A stretch of DNA of 64,000 nucleotides, from positions 29,140,001 through 29,204,000 of the forward strand of contig OX597836.1 of the NCBI GenBank assembly GCA_951406725.2, read 5' to 3'. This DNA comes from Octopus vulgaris (lineage: Eukaryota). The position numbers and the translations under genes were made by a program. Below the pieces are notes generated by a model that did no database searches, had not been told where the DNA came from, and saw nothing but the letters and a program-made list of their open reading frames with translations. This document shows, one piece after another, positions 23,035 to 36,977 of this stretch; within the stretch, counting starts at the first letter, position 1; the number at the start of each line of letters is the position of its first letter.

Positions 23035-23247
23035 TGAAGGACCGTTAGCTCCTACACGCATTTTTTTTCTCTTTTTGTTTCTCTCCGTGTTTCTTTTCTG
23101 TGTATCTTTCTGTCGAAGAGCATAGGCTCAAAACGTAAAAGACTTGTTCTATTTCTATTCCTGAGCGCCATACTAATACATTTGTTTGTTTGTACTCCAC
23201 CTGCCTTCGTCTTTAGTTTATTTTCATAAACCTTCCCGTGTTATATA

Positions 23248-23312
<65 letters not shown>

Positions 23313-23675
23313 GGCAGTTTGTCTGTGCGTGTTTCTGTGTGTCTGTTTGCTTGTACCCTCACCCTGACCATGGCTTTCAACCGATTCTGATGAAACTTGA
23401 CACACACAGCCCAATGTCATAATTCAAAACTAACGCAGCGAAAATTTTGAAAAGTTCCCCCAGTTCTGAGAAAAATCAATAAATTCGACATGGGGTCGAC
23501 AATCAGAAACACAAACAGCAAACTGTCTAGGGGACGCAACTCCACCTTTTTTAACTAAAAAAAAATTTACCATCATTTTTTTCCATTTTTTTGCTATTTT
23601 TTGGCTATAACTCTCTAAAAATGCTTTATAGTTATTTCCCTTACAAACCTGAGCAACGCCGGGCGATACTGCTAG
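23248..23675 (+). mobile_element. Non-autonomous Helitron, copy 1
   Basis: A|TC 5' end, subterminal hairpin CCTGAGCAACGCCGGG, CTAG|T 3' end, no TSD; 5' part shared with the copy at 53615. Confidence 0.8.
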
Positions 23676-23815
23676 TATTATATTAAATTAGAGATAAAAT
23701 CACTATTAGGCAAATCAAACAATGAAAAACTTAAGCCAATACATAAAATTAATTAATTTATACTATTTTAAATATATATCAAAAGTATTGAAAGTTTAAT
23801 AAAAGATAATGAGTA

Positions 23816-23890
23816 AAACACTACGATCGTTTCATGGCTGTCCAATTCGTAATAATTCAAGTTATGGTTACAGTCAATCTTCAGGTAATT
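23816..23890 (-). ncRNA. Type I hammerhead-ribozyme-like motif, probably from a Penelope-like element
   Basis: Minus strand: AATTAC-CTGAAGA-TTGACTGT...ACAGCCAT-GAAAC-GATC-GTA-GTGTTT; conserved core, palindromic stem III and GUA triplet. Confidence 0.6.
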
Positions 23891-25030
23891 GAAATATTTA
23901 TCTTAGCGAGGTTTAGCAATATATATATATGTATGTATGTATGTATATATAAAATATGGGGTTTATTTCACAGTTGATCTAAATGACTAGGTATGCTGGG
24001 TAAGTGCTGTAACAGATTACTAGGTGCCAAGGTTATAGCCAAGATGGTATTTACGGAGCTATTGTAGATTTCCAATAGAGTGGATATAATTGTTAAAGAG
24101 GACAACAAACGTTAAGGCAAGGCAAATGTCTCAAGTTAGGTGTTTTTACTCAATAAACACTCACAACGCTCAGTCCGGGAATCGAAACCACAATCCTACG
24201 ACCGCAAGTCCACTGCTCTAACCACTGGGCCATTGCACCTCCACACTACCTCACCAAATTATATATTATATATATATATGAGACCTCTTTCAGTCACAAC
24301 TGACCATGGGATTGCATCTAGAAAGTTACCCTCCCAGGCACAAGTCTGGGCAAGGTTGTTTATGGAAGGCCAGCAGTCGTCCATGCATACCAGCCTCCCC
24401 TCCCCACACAACCAGTGTTATCCAAGGGAAAGGCAAAGGGGCCGATACAGCTTGGCACCAGTGACATCGCAACTCATTTCTACAGCTGAGTGAACTGGAG
24501 GAGCAACGTGAAATAAAGTGTCTTGCTCAAGAACACAACACACAGCCCAGTCCGGGATTCGAACTCACAACCTCACGATCGTAAGCTCGACGCTCTAACC
24601 ACTGAACCATGCGCCTTCACAAATTATATATTAACATGCTTAGTTTCATGTCATAATCCCTTACTGTTTCATGCTTGACTGCTTGACATCACAAGGTGGC
24701 TCTTTAGTTTTAAACACTGTTAAAAAATGTATCTGTCATAATCCACCCACATTTCTCACGGGCAATTGACTCCATTGCTTATCTTTCAAGTAATGCACTA
24801 CATATTTCGTATTCTGTGAGACCCCAATAAAAAGGATTCTCTAACAGTTATTCACAAATAATTGACTTACCGTTCTCTTGCTTTTATTGCTTTCCTCTTC
24901 CCTTCTTTCATCGTTAATCAGAACATACATACAAAGCTACATACATACGCACATACATACATAGGCACATACATACATATGTACGTACATACATACATGC
25001 ATGCATTACTTGAGGCCAGTTGCCCTGCAG

Positions 25031-25221
25031 ATGATGATGATGGTGGTGGTGGTGGTGGTAGTGGTAGTGGTGGTGGTGGTGGTGGTGATGATGGTGATGA
25101 TAATGACGACGACGACGATGATAATGATGATGACGATGACGATGGTGGTGGTGGTGGTGGTGGTGGTGATGATGATGACGATGGTGGTGGTAGGTGGTGG
25201 TGGTGGTGGTGGTGGTGGTGA

Positions 25222-25255
<34 letters not shown>

Positions 25256-25395
25256 GGTGGTGATGATGGTGATGGTGGTGGTGGTGGTGGTGGTGATGGT
25301 GGTGGTGGTGGTGGTGGTGGTGATGATGATGATGATGATGACGATGATGGTGGTGGTGGTGGTGGTGGTGATGGTGGTGGTGGTGATGGTGGTGG

Positions 25396-25429
<34 letters not shown>

Positions 25430-25546
25430 AACGACGATGATGACGATGACGATGATGATGGTGGTGGTGTTGGTGGTGTTGGTGGTGGTGGTGGTGATGA
25501 TGGTGATGATGATGATGATGATGAGTGTTGTTGTTGTTGTTGTTGC
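25031..25546. repeat. Compound trinucleotide microsatellite (GGT/GAT/GAC, then GTT)
   Basis: Direct read; explains the poly-His/Gly/Asp/Val ORFs. Confidence 0.95.
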
Positions 25547-26939
25547 TATTAGGCAATGAGCTGGCAGAACTGGACAAAATGCTTAGTAGCTTAGCAACAT
25601 TTTATTTTGTCCTGCATTTCATTCTGAGTTCAACTTCCACTGAAATCAACTTTGCCTTTCATCTAATTGGGGTTGATAAAATAAGTATCATTTGAGTACC
25701 GGAGTCAATGTAACCGACTAACCCTTCTTCCCACAAATTGCAGGCCTTGTGCTTATAAAAGAAAGGATTATTATTAATTAACATTACTAGCTGGTTAGCA
25801 TATTAATATTATTGATGATTATATTCCGCTGAGGTCGACTTTTGGGGGTCAATAAATTAAGTACCAGTTGCATACTGGAGTCAATCTAATTGACTGGCCT
25901 CCTCCCCCAAAATTTCAGGCCTTGTGCCTAGAGTAGAAAACAATATTATTGATGATGACTATTATTATTATACATGGGTTGGACGATTTGACTGAGGACT
26001 GGCGAACCAGATGGCTGCACCAGGCTCCAATCTTGATCTAGAAACTCTGCCAGATCAAGATTGGAGCCTGGTGCAGCCATCTGGTTCGCCAGTCTTCAGT
26101 CAAATCGTCCAACCCATGCTAGCATGGAAAGCGGACGTTAAACGATGATGATGATGATGATGATGATGATGAGGATGAAGAGAAAGTACTTGCAACAACA
26201 GTCATCGATTGTTGCTATTGATCCAAACACTTATTTCTTTGCACATCCACTTTTGTGTTGGTTAATTGTTCTACATGCTGAGAAACAATTGCAAACATCA
26301 ATTAATTTGCTGCTTAACGATTGTGGCTATGGAAGCTGGATTTCTAGATTCATTTTGCTCTTACTCATCATCATCATCATCACTACCAGAAAGAATTCAT
26401 CCCTCCCCAACTTGCTGCAAATTTCTTTTTTGCAAAATGACCAGATAAAAATAAGTGTCCTGGACAGTGCTGCCTCAGGCCCTGGGGCTCATAGGGCTGC
26501 TTACCTGGTTTCCCTGGCATACAAGTGGCCAAGATCACAACACTTTACACATGGTCTTGGGAATTTTTTAAAGGGAGGGCACAAGGTCAGAAGGGAATAC
26601 AATTCCAGGAGAAAAGGATGTAATAACATTATTTAGAAGGGTGCACTTCTTTTCTTGAGGTGGGCACACGTGCCCCTCAGGCCTCCCCACTCTTGGGTCT
26701 ACCCCTGTACTTCCCCTAAATGGAATATCATTCCATCCCAGGGTCACTCCTTTATAGCTGAGGGGGACTGGAGCAACATGAAATGAAGAGTTTTGCTCAA
26801 GAACACATTGCACTACCTGTCCTGGGATTGAAACCAAGATTGCAAAAGCATAAGTTCAACACCTTAACCACTTGGCCAAGCATCTTCACAAAAGATCTGG
26901 TAGTTGACTCCAAATAGACATCATCATCATCACCATCAC

Positions 26940-26999
<60 letters not shown>

Positions 27000-27719
27000 C
27001 CACCACCACCATCATCATCATCATTTAACGTCTGTTGTCCATGCTGGTATGGGTTGGATGGTTTGACCAGGGCTGGTAAATTGGAAGGCTGCACCAAACT
27101 CCAGTCTGAGTTGACATGGTTTTGTACAGCTGGATGCCCTTCCTAATGCCAACCACTCTGCGAGTGCAATGGGTGCTTTATGTGCCACCAGCATGGGTGC
27201 CAATTTGCATGACGCTGGTATCTACCACGACTGCAATTTTGCTCGGCTTGATGGCTCTTCTTCTCAAGCATGATATAATGCCAAAGGTCTTGGTCATTAC
27301 CTCTGTGAGGCCCAACACTCAAAAGGAACCTCAGCCACTTTGCTTCTGGGAGGCCCTACACTTGGAAGGAACTTAGCTACTTTGCCTCCATGAGGCCCAG
27401 TGCTTCTTCTTTATTAGATAGATTTAAACACACATTTGTGGCAAGCCCTCTTTTTGTGTGGCATTAGAGATGCAGATAACATAGCAAATTGTAGCATAAA
27501 AGACTATATCTGGTTCCACTCGTGATTTGAACTCATATCTTCAAAATTTGACTCCTTGCTTGAATTAAAAACACTGTGTAACACGATTTTCGTCCTTGGA
27601 TAGCAACTGTTATTGCTTACCCTAAGAAAGAATGAAAAATGGTTTATATTTCCTTCAAACTTTGCTTTTGGGACATTTATTTAAACCCCAAAGAATCCCT
27701 CTCAACACATGGCAATGAT

Positions 27720-27998
27720 CAGTGGCTGACTGGGTCTGAAAATATTGGTTGCCAGGAGACTAAGGGGGGGGGGGCTACCCGCAAGTATAAGCAACAAGAA
27801 TAGTATCATTTTTTTTTTTTTTGTGTTAAAAGTATTCTTTTCAACTGTCTACAAACACAGTCAAGTTGAAATAATTAACACATTCTTCCAGAAGTGAATA
27901 ATAAATTAGATACTAACATGGGACCCCATATATGGATTCTAATGGTGCAGGGGCCCCCTTGTCATTGGGCAAGCTGGCAACCTGGCCAGTCCACACTG
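27720..27998. mobile_element. hAT-like MITE nested in another repeat
   Basis: CAGTG...CACTG termini with short TIRs; 8-bp TSD GCAATGAT / GCTATGAT (7 of 8). Confidence 0.6.
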
Positions 27999-30910
27999 GC
28001 TATGATGCTCCCCCACTACTCCTGTTCATGATCAGAGATGCACATATTGTCAGCTATTTGGGACATGCTCAAGTGGTCAATGTCAAACAATTGTCAAGCA
28101 AATCTGTGGTATTGAGCAGAATATTTGTTATAATGATATTTCTGCTTCAGCAAAGCAGTGCTGAATCTGTCTGAAATATAAGTGGAAAATAGATCAGTTT
28201 CAAAATATTGATGTCCAGGTCAGAAAAGCAAAGTTTGAAGAGAATAGTTGTCATTTTCTTTGATTTCTCAATAGAAGCAAATAAGAAATATCACTTACTG
28301 ACCAAAGACAAAAATCATCGTTTAATGTCTGCTTTCCATGTTAGCATTGGTTGGACGGTTCGACTGGGGTCTGGGAAGCCAGGAGGCTGCACCAGGCCCA
28401 GTCTGATCTGGCAGTGTTTCTACAGCTGGATGCCCTTCCTAATGCCAACCACTCCATGAATGTAGTGGGTGCTTTTTACGTGCCTCCGGCACAGGTGCCA
28501 GGCAAGTCTGGCAACGACACGATTGGTTGGTGCTTTTTACGTGCCACCGGCATGGAGGCCAGTCGGGGCGGTGCAAGCAACAGCCACATTCGGATACCAC
28601 CGGCACTGGTATCAAAACTACAATTTCTATTGATTTTTGAGCGATTTCGATTTCACTTGCCTCAACAGGTCTTTGCAAGCAGAGTTTTGTGTCCCAAGAA
28701 GGAAAAATAATTAAATAAATAAATAAATAAATAAAAATTTTGTGACACAGTGTAGTACTCAGATGATGTGTAATTTTGTAGCTGAGGCATGCAAGTAGCA
28801 GGTCTACATTTAACATAACTTTGGTTAAATAGACAGAAATAAATAGGTAGATGGTTAAATGGATGGATACATGGATGGGTAACTGTATAATTTTGTGATT
28901 AGAATAAAATGAAGGTTTGTTCAGTTTAATTTGTCATTCAGTATGATTACATGTGAGCGGTATGCTAATTGAGCCGGCATAACAGTTTGTATGGGAAAAA
29001 AATGAACTTCAGTGAAGCATTCTTATAAATATAGGACAGGTTATAGGGTCTAGAAATTTTGTTACTAATTGAAGAATTTGTGGTGATGAAGATAATGGAA
29101 GTTAAGGGTATTTCCTGTGATAGGAGAGTGTGTGCTCAATTTGAACAATCTGGTTTTTTACCATATATCTTTTACTTGTTTTAGTCATTGGACTGTGGCC
29201 ATGCTGGGGCACAACCTCAAAGTGTTTTAGTCAAACCAAATATTTTTAAAGCCTGGTACTTATTCTTTTGGTCTCTTGCACCAAATGGCTAAGTCATGGG
29301 GAAATAAACAAACCAACACTGGTTGTCAAGTAGTGGTCAGGGACAAACACAAAGATACACATACATAGATACATACATTTATATAGAATGGGCTTCTTTC
29401 AGTTTCCATTAATTTAATCCATTTACAAATCTTTGGTTGACCTTGGGTTATAGTAGAAGATACTTGACCAAGGTACCACACTGTGGGACTGAATTTGGAA
29501 CCAGCCTCACCTGCACATTTTCTTTAAGAAAATCTTCCAAATTTGTTAAAAAAATGGTCTGAGCTTAAACAGAAGTGGAGACCTGCTTCATAATTATTCC
29601 CAATAATTAGTATGGCTAAGTAATTGGTGAATGGTACAGGGGAGCCAGTCTCCAGTAAATATAGTTCTACCAGAGTTGGAGTGAGGATTACTGAAGAATG
29701 TTGAAGAAGGTGATTTTCTTAGTTATTGCGTACCTGGCTGTGTGGTAAGAAGTAATTTTATGTTGGTTGGATGATGGAGCAGAGGCAGCGATAGTTTGGT
29801 AAATGCTGGATTTAGTGATAAGAAAATGATCCAGGCTTGACTTTAAACTGCATCCAAGCAGTTCCAGGGTTTTGAGGAGAGTGTAACCACCTTCTAGTCA
29901 CTGTTGTTCTTGGGTCTACTCTGACCTGGAATAGTAGCATCTGTCAGGGTCCCAAATATGTGTTGAATAACAGGTAACCATGCAAACCAGGGTACATTGA
30001 AACCATGGGCGAGCTGGCAGAAACGCTAGCACACCGGGCGAAATGCATAGCCGTATTTCATCTGCCGTTACGCTCTGAGTTCAAATTCCGCCGAGGTCGA
30101 CTTTGCCTTTCATCCTTTCGAGGTTGATTAAATAAGTACCAGTTATGCACAATTTGGGTGCTGTTAAATTTCATTAAAATTTAATTATAGGTGGTGGTGT
30201 GTGGAGGGGTGGAAGAGAAAGAGACTAAAGGTCTTGATTTATTATCACCCAATACTTCAATACCAGTAAAAATAATCAGCTGGGTGTCAATTATTGTGAG
30301 TTGGCCTATTGAAATTCTATTCTTGCAATGATGTCTGTCAAGCAGTGCCAGTCTAAAGGCCAGGACCCACACTGTTTAGGGTTCCAATGCTAATTTATAT
30401 ATGGTAAGGCTTGTTGTTAGTAAATAAGTGTAGGAGCTCAAGTACATTACTTCGCCCAGAGCGCTCTAATACTGCCTTGTGGCCTTGAAATCAAGAGTTG
30501 GATGGGATGAAGTTATGGGATTATGCACCAGTCAGTTGGGTAGCTACCCCAGTCTGTTAACCGTGATTTTGAATCCATGAAATATCTAGCTGGGAATCTT
30601 TTACATCTGTACCCTCTAGCAAATAGTGGCATTATGTAAAGAGAAGAGTGAGGATGTTTGAATGGTGTAATAGCGTGAACTCTTTAAAAGTTAACAGGCG
30701 CTGGTTTGGAGGCATAATAGGTTCTGCTGGTCAATGGCCAGGATCTTTTGTCAACCAGCACAGGCTTTTATGCCTCCAAACTAGGGCCTGTTAGTCCCAC
30801 ATGGTTTGATTTTCAGTTAGAACTTCAGCATAATTCGAATTATCTGTTGTTGGAGTCTGTTTGCTTAACAGATGTAACATGAATTAGTTAAGTGAATTGA
30901 GTAATTAAGC

Positions 30911-30913
<3 letters not shown>

Positions 30914-30987
<74 letters not shown>
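30914..30987. repeat. (GA)n microsatellite about 630 bp upstream of FABP-like A
   Basis: Direct read. Confidence 0.95.
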
Positions 30988-30993
<6 letters not shown>

Positions 30994-31206
30994 TAGATAT
31001 ATATACATATATATAATGGTAATAAGAATATTTGGAAAGAAATTATGTATTTCTCTTGTCTACACACTCTACTAACTTCAGTGTTACTTCTTGTTTTAGT
31101 TTGTTGATCTACAATATTAATTACTCAAGTGATTCAAGTAATTAACTGCACTTAGAGAAAGAAGGAGAGGGAAGAAGAGAGAAAGAAAAAGTAAAAACAA
31201 AATAAT

Positions 31207-31331
<125 letters not shown>

Positions 31332-31618
31332 TATATATATATGAAAAAAAATACATTTGGGGTGTATGATGAATGAGAAGTGATATTAATTGTATGTGGT
31401 TACACCCTGTTATTCTCCATACTTATAATTATAAACGCCTGAAGAAGCTTGGTAAGTTTTATATATTCCACAGAAGCTTAAAAAAGCAATTGAATCAACA
31501 ACTGATACATAGTGTTCGTTATTGTCACTCTGACAATACAATAGAGTTCTCTCTCTCTCTCTGTATATATATATATATATACATATATTTATATATCATA
31601 TAATAAAAAATAATAACT

Positions 31619-31694
31619 ATGGAACAATTTCTTGGAAAATGGGTGGAAATCAATGAAGATATGGAGACCAAGCGCAAATTTATGGAGACACTGG
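31619..31694 (+). CDS. FABP/iLBP-like paralogue A, exon 1: MEQFLGKWVEINEDMETKRKFMETL
   Basis: F-x-G-K-W N-terminal motif of iLBPs; phase-1 donor G|GTATTA at 31695, the usual FABP intron-1 position. Confidence 0.88.
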
Positions 31695-33663
31695 GTATTA
31701 TCTTATTTTGGCTTATTTATACCCCTTTTTTTTATTGCATGAATTTGTTTCTATTTCTGATGAAGTGTATACCTCTTAAAGCTTGTATCAGAAAATTTTC
31801 ATCTCCCTTCTGTAACCTTTTACCGGCTTCAAATTCTACCAATTGATTTTAATGTTACATTGTTAAATATTATGAGTGGCTGTGTGGTAAGTAGCTTGTT
31901 TGCCAACCACATGCTTCTGGGTTCAGTCCCACTGTGTGGCACCTTGGGCAAGTGTCTTCTACTATAGCCTCGGGCCGACCAAAGCCTTGTGAGTGGATTT
32001 GGTAGACGGAAACTGAAAGAAGCCCGTCGTATATATGTATATATATGTATGCGTATGTGTGTTTGTGTGTGTGTGTTTGTCTCCCTAGCATTGCTTGACA
32101 ACTGATGCTGGTGTGTTTATGTCCCCGTCACTTAGCGGTTCGGCAAAAGAGACCAATAGAATAAGTACTGGGCTTACAAAAGAATAAGTCCCGGGGTCGA
32201 GTTGCTCGATTAAAGGCGGTGCTCCAGCATGGCCGCAGTCAAATGACTGAAACAAGTAAAAGAGTAAAAGAGTATATGTTGCCAAGTCAGTGAATATTTT
32301 GTGGTGCTTCATGGCAGTTTGTTTTTATTGTCTTTCTTTATATTTTCATTTGTTTTTTTTTTGTTGGGGGCCAACATAACAAACTGGGCCCTCGGTCAGT
32401 CATGATGACACGGGTTCCAGTTGAGCCAATCGACAGAACTAGTAAACTTAATGTAAAATTAATGCTGGTAAAATTGATGTATGGTTGAGCACTCCACAGG
32501 TGTGTGTATCCTTAACTTAGTTCTTGGGGAGATTCTGTATGATACAGGATGTGACAAGGCTGGCCCTTTGAAATGCAGGTACTGCTTGTTTTTACTAGTT
32601 GGGTGGACTGGAGCAACATGAAATAAAGTGTCTTGCTCAAGGAGACAATGTGCCACCAGGAACATAAAAGCATAAAAATGCATGGATGTGATTTGTGGGT
32701 TGTGTGAGTGGAAATATGAATATGGCTGTGTGTGTGTGTGTGTGCGTGCATGTGTACATATGCATGCATGTGTGTGTCCATGCACGCATATGTGCATTTG
32801 TGTGTCTGTGTGTGCCTACATGCATGCATGTGTATGTGTGTGCATGTGTATGCATGCATGTGTGTGTGTGCATGTGTGAATGTATGTACGTGCATGCACA
32901 TGAGTGTACGTGCATGCACATGAGTGTGTGGTTATGTGGGATTATGGTTTAAGGCGGCGAGCTGGCAGACACGTTAGCGCGCCGGGCAAAATGCTCAGCA
33001 GTATTTCGTCTGTCGTTACGTTCTGGGTTCAAACACCGCCGAGGTCGACTTTGCCTTTCATCCTTTCGGGGTCGATAAATAAAGTACCAGTTGCGCACTG
33101 GGGTCGATGTAGTTGACTTAATCCCTTTGTCTGTCTTTGTTTGTCCCCTCTATGTTTAGCCCCTTGTGGGCAATAAAGAAATATATGTGGGATTATGGTT
33201 TGCGTGGTTGTATGTCTGGAGTTTGCATGTCTGTGTGTATGTGTATGCTCACATGAGGGTGATGGTTGACTTTAGTTGATTTTACATACATTAGACAGTA
33301 TATTTTATGTGTGTATGTGTGTGTGCGCATGCATATGTGTGGTTGGGGAGATGTGGCTGCTATTTCTACTCGTTATAGCTCGGCAATGCAAAGTTTTCCC
33401 CCACTTAAACAGTCTTGTGATTCAAGAACACACTTGTGATGTGTGTGACTAGAATATATTACGGCCATTTGATTTGGTACAATGACTCTTTGGTTTGTCC
33501 TTGACTTTCAGCTATCAATAAGCAAACTGCATAAATGCAAGCTTATTATTTTTCCTATATATATATATATATATATATATCTTGCAGAATATTTTACTAG
33601 CCATAATATATGGAAGAATTGTGCTCTGCATCCAATAATTTCATGTTTCAGAGAAATAGTGAC

Positions 33664-33911
<248 letters not shown>

Positions 33912-34245
33912 TTTAACGTCCATTTTCCATGATGGCCTGGGTTAGATAGTTTGACACAAGGGTCTCTAAAGTGGTTGCTGGGACTATTCAAGGGGGGTTG
34001 ATAAAGGAATATCTTCTTAATTATAATTATTATTTTTTATTATTTTCTTATACTTGCCTGGCGGGGTCGAGAAAGGGATCAAGGGAGCACCGCCTTTAGT
34101 TGAGCACATCAACCCCAGGACTTATTCTTTGTAAGCCTTGTACTTATTCTATCAGTTTCTTTTGCCGAACCACTAAATTACGGGGACGTAAACACACCAG
34201 CATCAGTTGTCAAGCGATGTTGGGGGGACAAACACAGACGCACAA

Positions 34246-34278
<33 letters not shown>

Positions 34279-35314
34279 CATACGACGGGCTTCTTTCAGT
34301 TTCTGTCTATGAAATCCACTCACAAAGCTTTGGTTGGTCCAAGGCTATAGTACAAGACGCTTGCCCAATGTGCCATGCAGTGGGACTGAACCCGGAACCA
34401 TGTAGTTCGTAAGCAAGCTACTTACCACACAGCCACTCCTATGCCAATTTACTTCAATTTTTTGTTTTTGATGAGGAAAAAGTAACATTAACCAATTACT
34501 GATATTATTTGTATTACTTTGGTAACCCTGCACATATTTTAGTCTTGTTATGTTTTCAACATACTTGATGAACTTTACACTGACCAAAATCTTAATCTAA
34601 CCCTCATACCACCTCCTTTACAACACTTTGCAGCTGTGATGAGATATTACTAGCAATTAGCAAACAAATGCAAATGTTAAATAAACACACCCTTTTTGAA
34701 ATGTCATACAAATTGTACCGTTAGTTCGTTAGGTTGCTGTGACCAAATCTTCTGCCAATATCTGTTAAATAGTGAAGCCTTAAATGTGAAAAAGTGCTGT
34801 GAATTGAAGCCAATTTGATTGACACTAGCAACTGCTGCTCTGACAAAAACAGAAATGATATCCCTACGATTTTTCGTGGCTGTGTGGTAAGTAGCTTGCT
34901 TACCAACCACATGGGTTCGGGTTCAGTCCCACTGCATAGCACCTTGGGCAAGTATCTTCTACTATATCCTCAGGCTGACCAAAGCCTTGTGAGTAGATTT
35001 GGTAGACGGAAACTGAAAGAAGCCCATCATATATGTGTATGTGTGTGTGTGTGTATATGTTTGTGTGTCTGTGTTTGTCCTCCAACATCGCTTGACATCC
35101 GATGCTGGTGTGTTTACATCCCCGTAACTTAGCAGTTCAGCAAAAGAGACCGATAGAATAAGTACTAGGCTTACAAATAATAAGTCCTGGGGTCGATTTG
35201 CTCGAATAAAAGGTGGTGCTCCAGCATGGCCACAGTCAAATGAATGAAACAAGTAAAAGAGTAAAATCTTATTTTATTATTTTCCTTTACATGAAATTTT
35301 ACCCTGTTTTGCAG

Positions 35315-35496
35315 CCTTTCCGAAGGAAGTAATTGATAAAAGGATGTCCAATACAGGTTTTCTGGAAACTGTAAAAGATGGTGATCTGTTTAAAATGACT
35401 ACAGGCTTTGTTGGCGATCCTGCTTACAATAAATCCTATCATTTTAAGATGAATGAAACTTTCTCTGATAAAGATTTCTTTGGGCAAAAATTTACG
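35315..35496 (+). CDS. FABP-like A, exon 2: (A)FPKEVIDKRMSNTGFLETVKDGDLFKMTTGFVGDPAYNKSYHFKMNETFSDKDFFGQKFT
   Basis: TTTTGCAG acceptor at 35314, GTCAGT donor at 35497; 182 nt, same length as exon 2 of B; FKMNETF corresponds to the FABP FKLGEEF motif. Confidence 0.9.
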
Positions 35497-36360
35497 GTCA
35501 GTTAAACTTTTTATAGTTGTTTTATCATTTTCTCTCTACTTTTATGTTATATTTTCTCATCCACTATGCACACACACACACAAACACACACACGTATTTT
35601 TGTATATATGTATATGTGTTTAGAAGGGGAAAAAAATCATATTGAAAATCTCCTTCCTCCCAGGGGCCTATTTGTAATTTAAAAAGTGTTGTGTGGACGC
35701 CCCCAGATGATGAAGTAGGCTAGCCCAATATGTAGATATAGTGGGAGAAGTCTAGACGTCGGGAGTTGAGTAGAGGTCATCGGAACGTGCGATGTAACAA
35801 AAAGGAAATTTTCACACCTTGCCATCACGAGCACAATTTTATATTAGCCAACTGGAGTGGATTTTAAGCTACCTGAATCGTGACATGTTGGTCAATGGCT
35901 TGTATTTTCCAACATACAAATTGATGTAATATATGGTGTAATTATGTAATATAAATATTCAAATGTTGTCATTATTTTCCCAAATTCTGTGACATTTTAT
36001 ATGGAATGCTTGGTCCTCTAAAATTATCTTGGTGTATAAGTCACCCTAGAGTTTTTTGTCTGTATACTTTAGTTTGAAAAATTCAACTTGCATTTCATGG
36101 TAACTCCAATGAACTTAAGAGCAAACCTTGTTCATTTTGGTATTGGTCTATGCTCTTTAATCCATGAATTTTATTCCACTACACCTCTGAAACCCATAAA
36201 TCAGATGTGGGGTTTTCAGGCTTCCATTAGCAAAAAGCCTAGGCCATACTTTTCCTTTCAGCCTCATCTGATGACTGCTGTATTATTTTGTTTTCCTCCT
36301 ATTTCCTTACAGAAAGTATCGCTCCCACAATGTTAATATTCTTTCATTGTAATTTTCCAG

Positions 36361-36468
36361 TTGGTTTGTAAAGTTGAAGGTAACAAATGGTATGATAAAT
36401 TGACTGAATCTTATAATCAAGCAGAAATTGAGAATGTCCGAGAAGTTATGGGAGACAAAATGGTTGTG
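36361..36468 (+). CDS. FABP-like A, exon 3: LVCKVEGNKWYDKLTESYNQAEIENVREVMGDKMVV
   Basis: TTTTCCAG acceptor at 36360, GTAAGT donor at 36469; 108 nt; VRE..GDKMVV matches FABP strands H-I. Confidence 0.9.
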
Positions 36469-36550
36469 GTAAGTATCAATAATTGCTTGTGTGTATGTGT
36501 GTGCGTGCATGAGTGTGCATGTGTATGTGTATGTGTATTTATGTGTGTAT

Positions 36551-36592
<42 letters not shown>

Positions 36593-36739
36593 GCATATAT
36601 ATATATATCATCATCATCATCTTCGTTTAGCGTCCACTTTCCATGCTAGCATGGGTTGGACGGTTCAACTGGAGTCTGGGAAGCCAGAAGGCTGCACCAG
36701 GCCCAGTCTGATCTGGCAATGTTTCTACGGCTGGATGCC

Positions 36740-36823
<84 letters not shown>

Positions 36824-36908
36824 TTTAATGATTTAAATAAGTTTTGACTGTTATTTCCAGCAGGTAGACATACTTAGTATGTCCTTTGATTAATTTTAAT
36901 CTTTCAGC

Positions 36909-36977
<69 letters not shown>

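Noticed and set aside
23387-23400. CTGATGAAAC as another hammerhead core (also at about 53708)
   Set aside because: There is no room for stem II; it is the common Helitron internal motif CCGATT.TGATGAAA.TTG.
24862-25577. Long poly-His/Gly/Asp/Val ORFs
   Set aside because: They are translations of a compound GGT/GAT microsatellite that is open in several frames; no splice or domain support.
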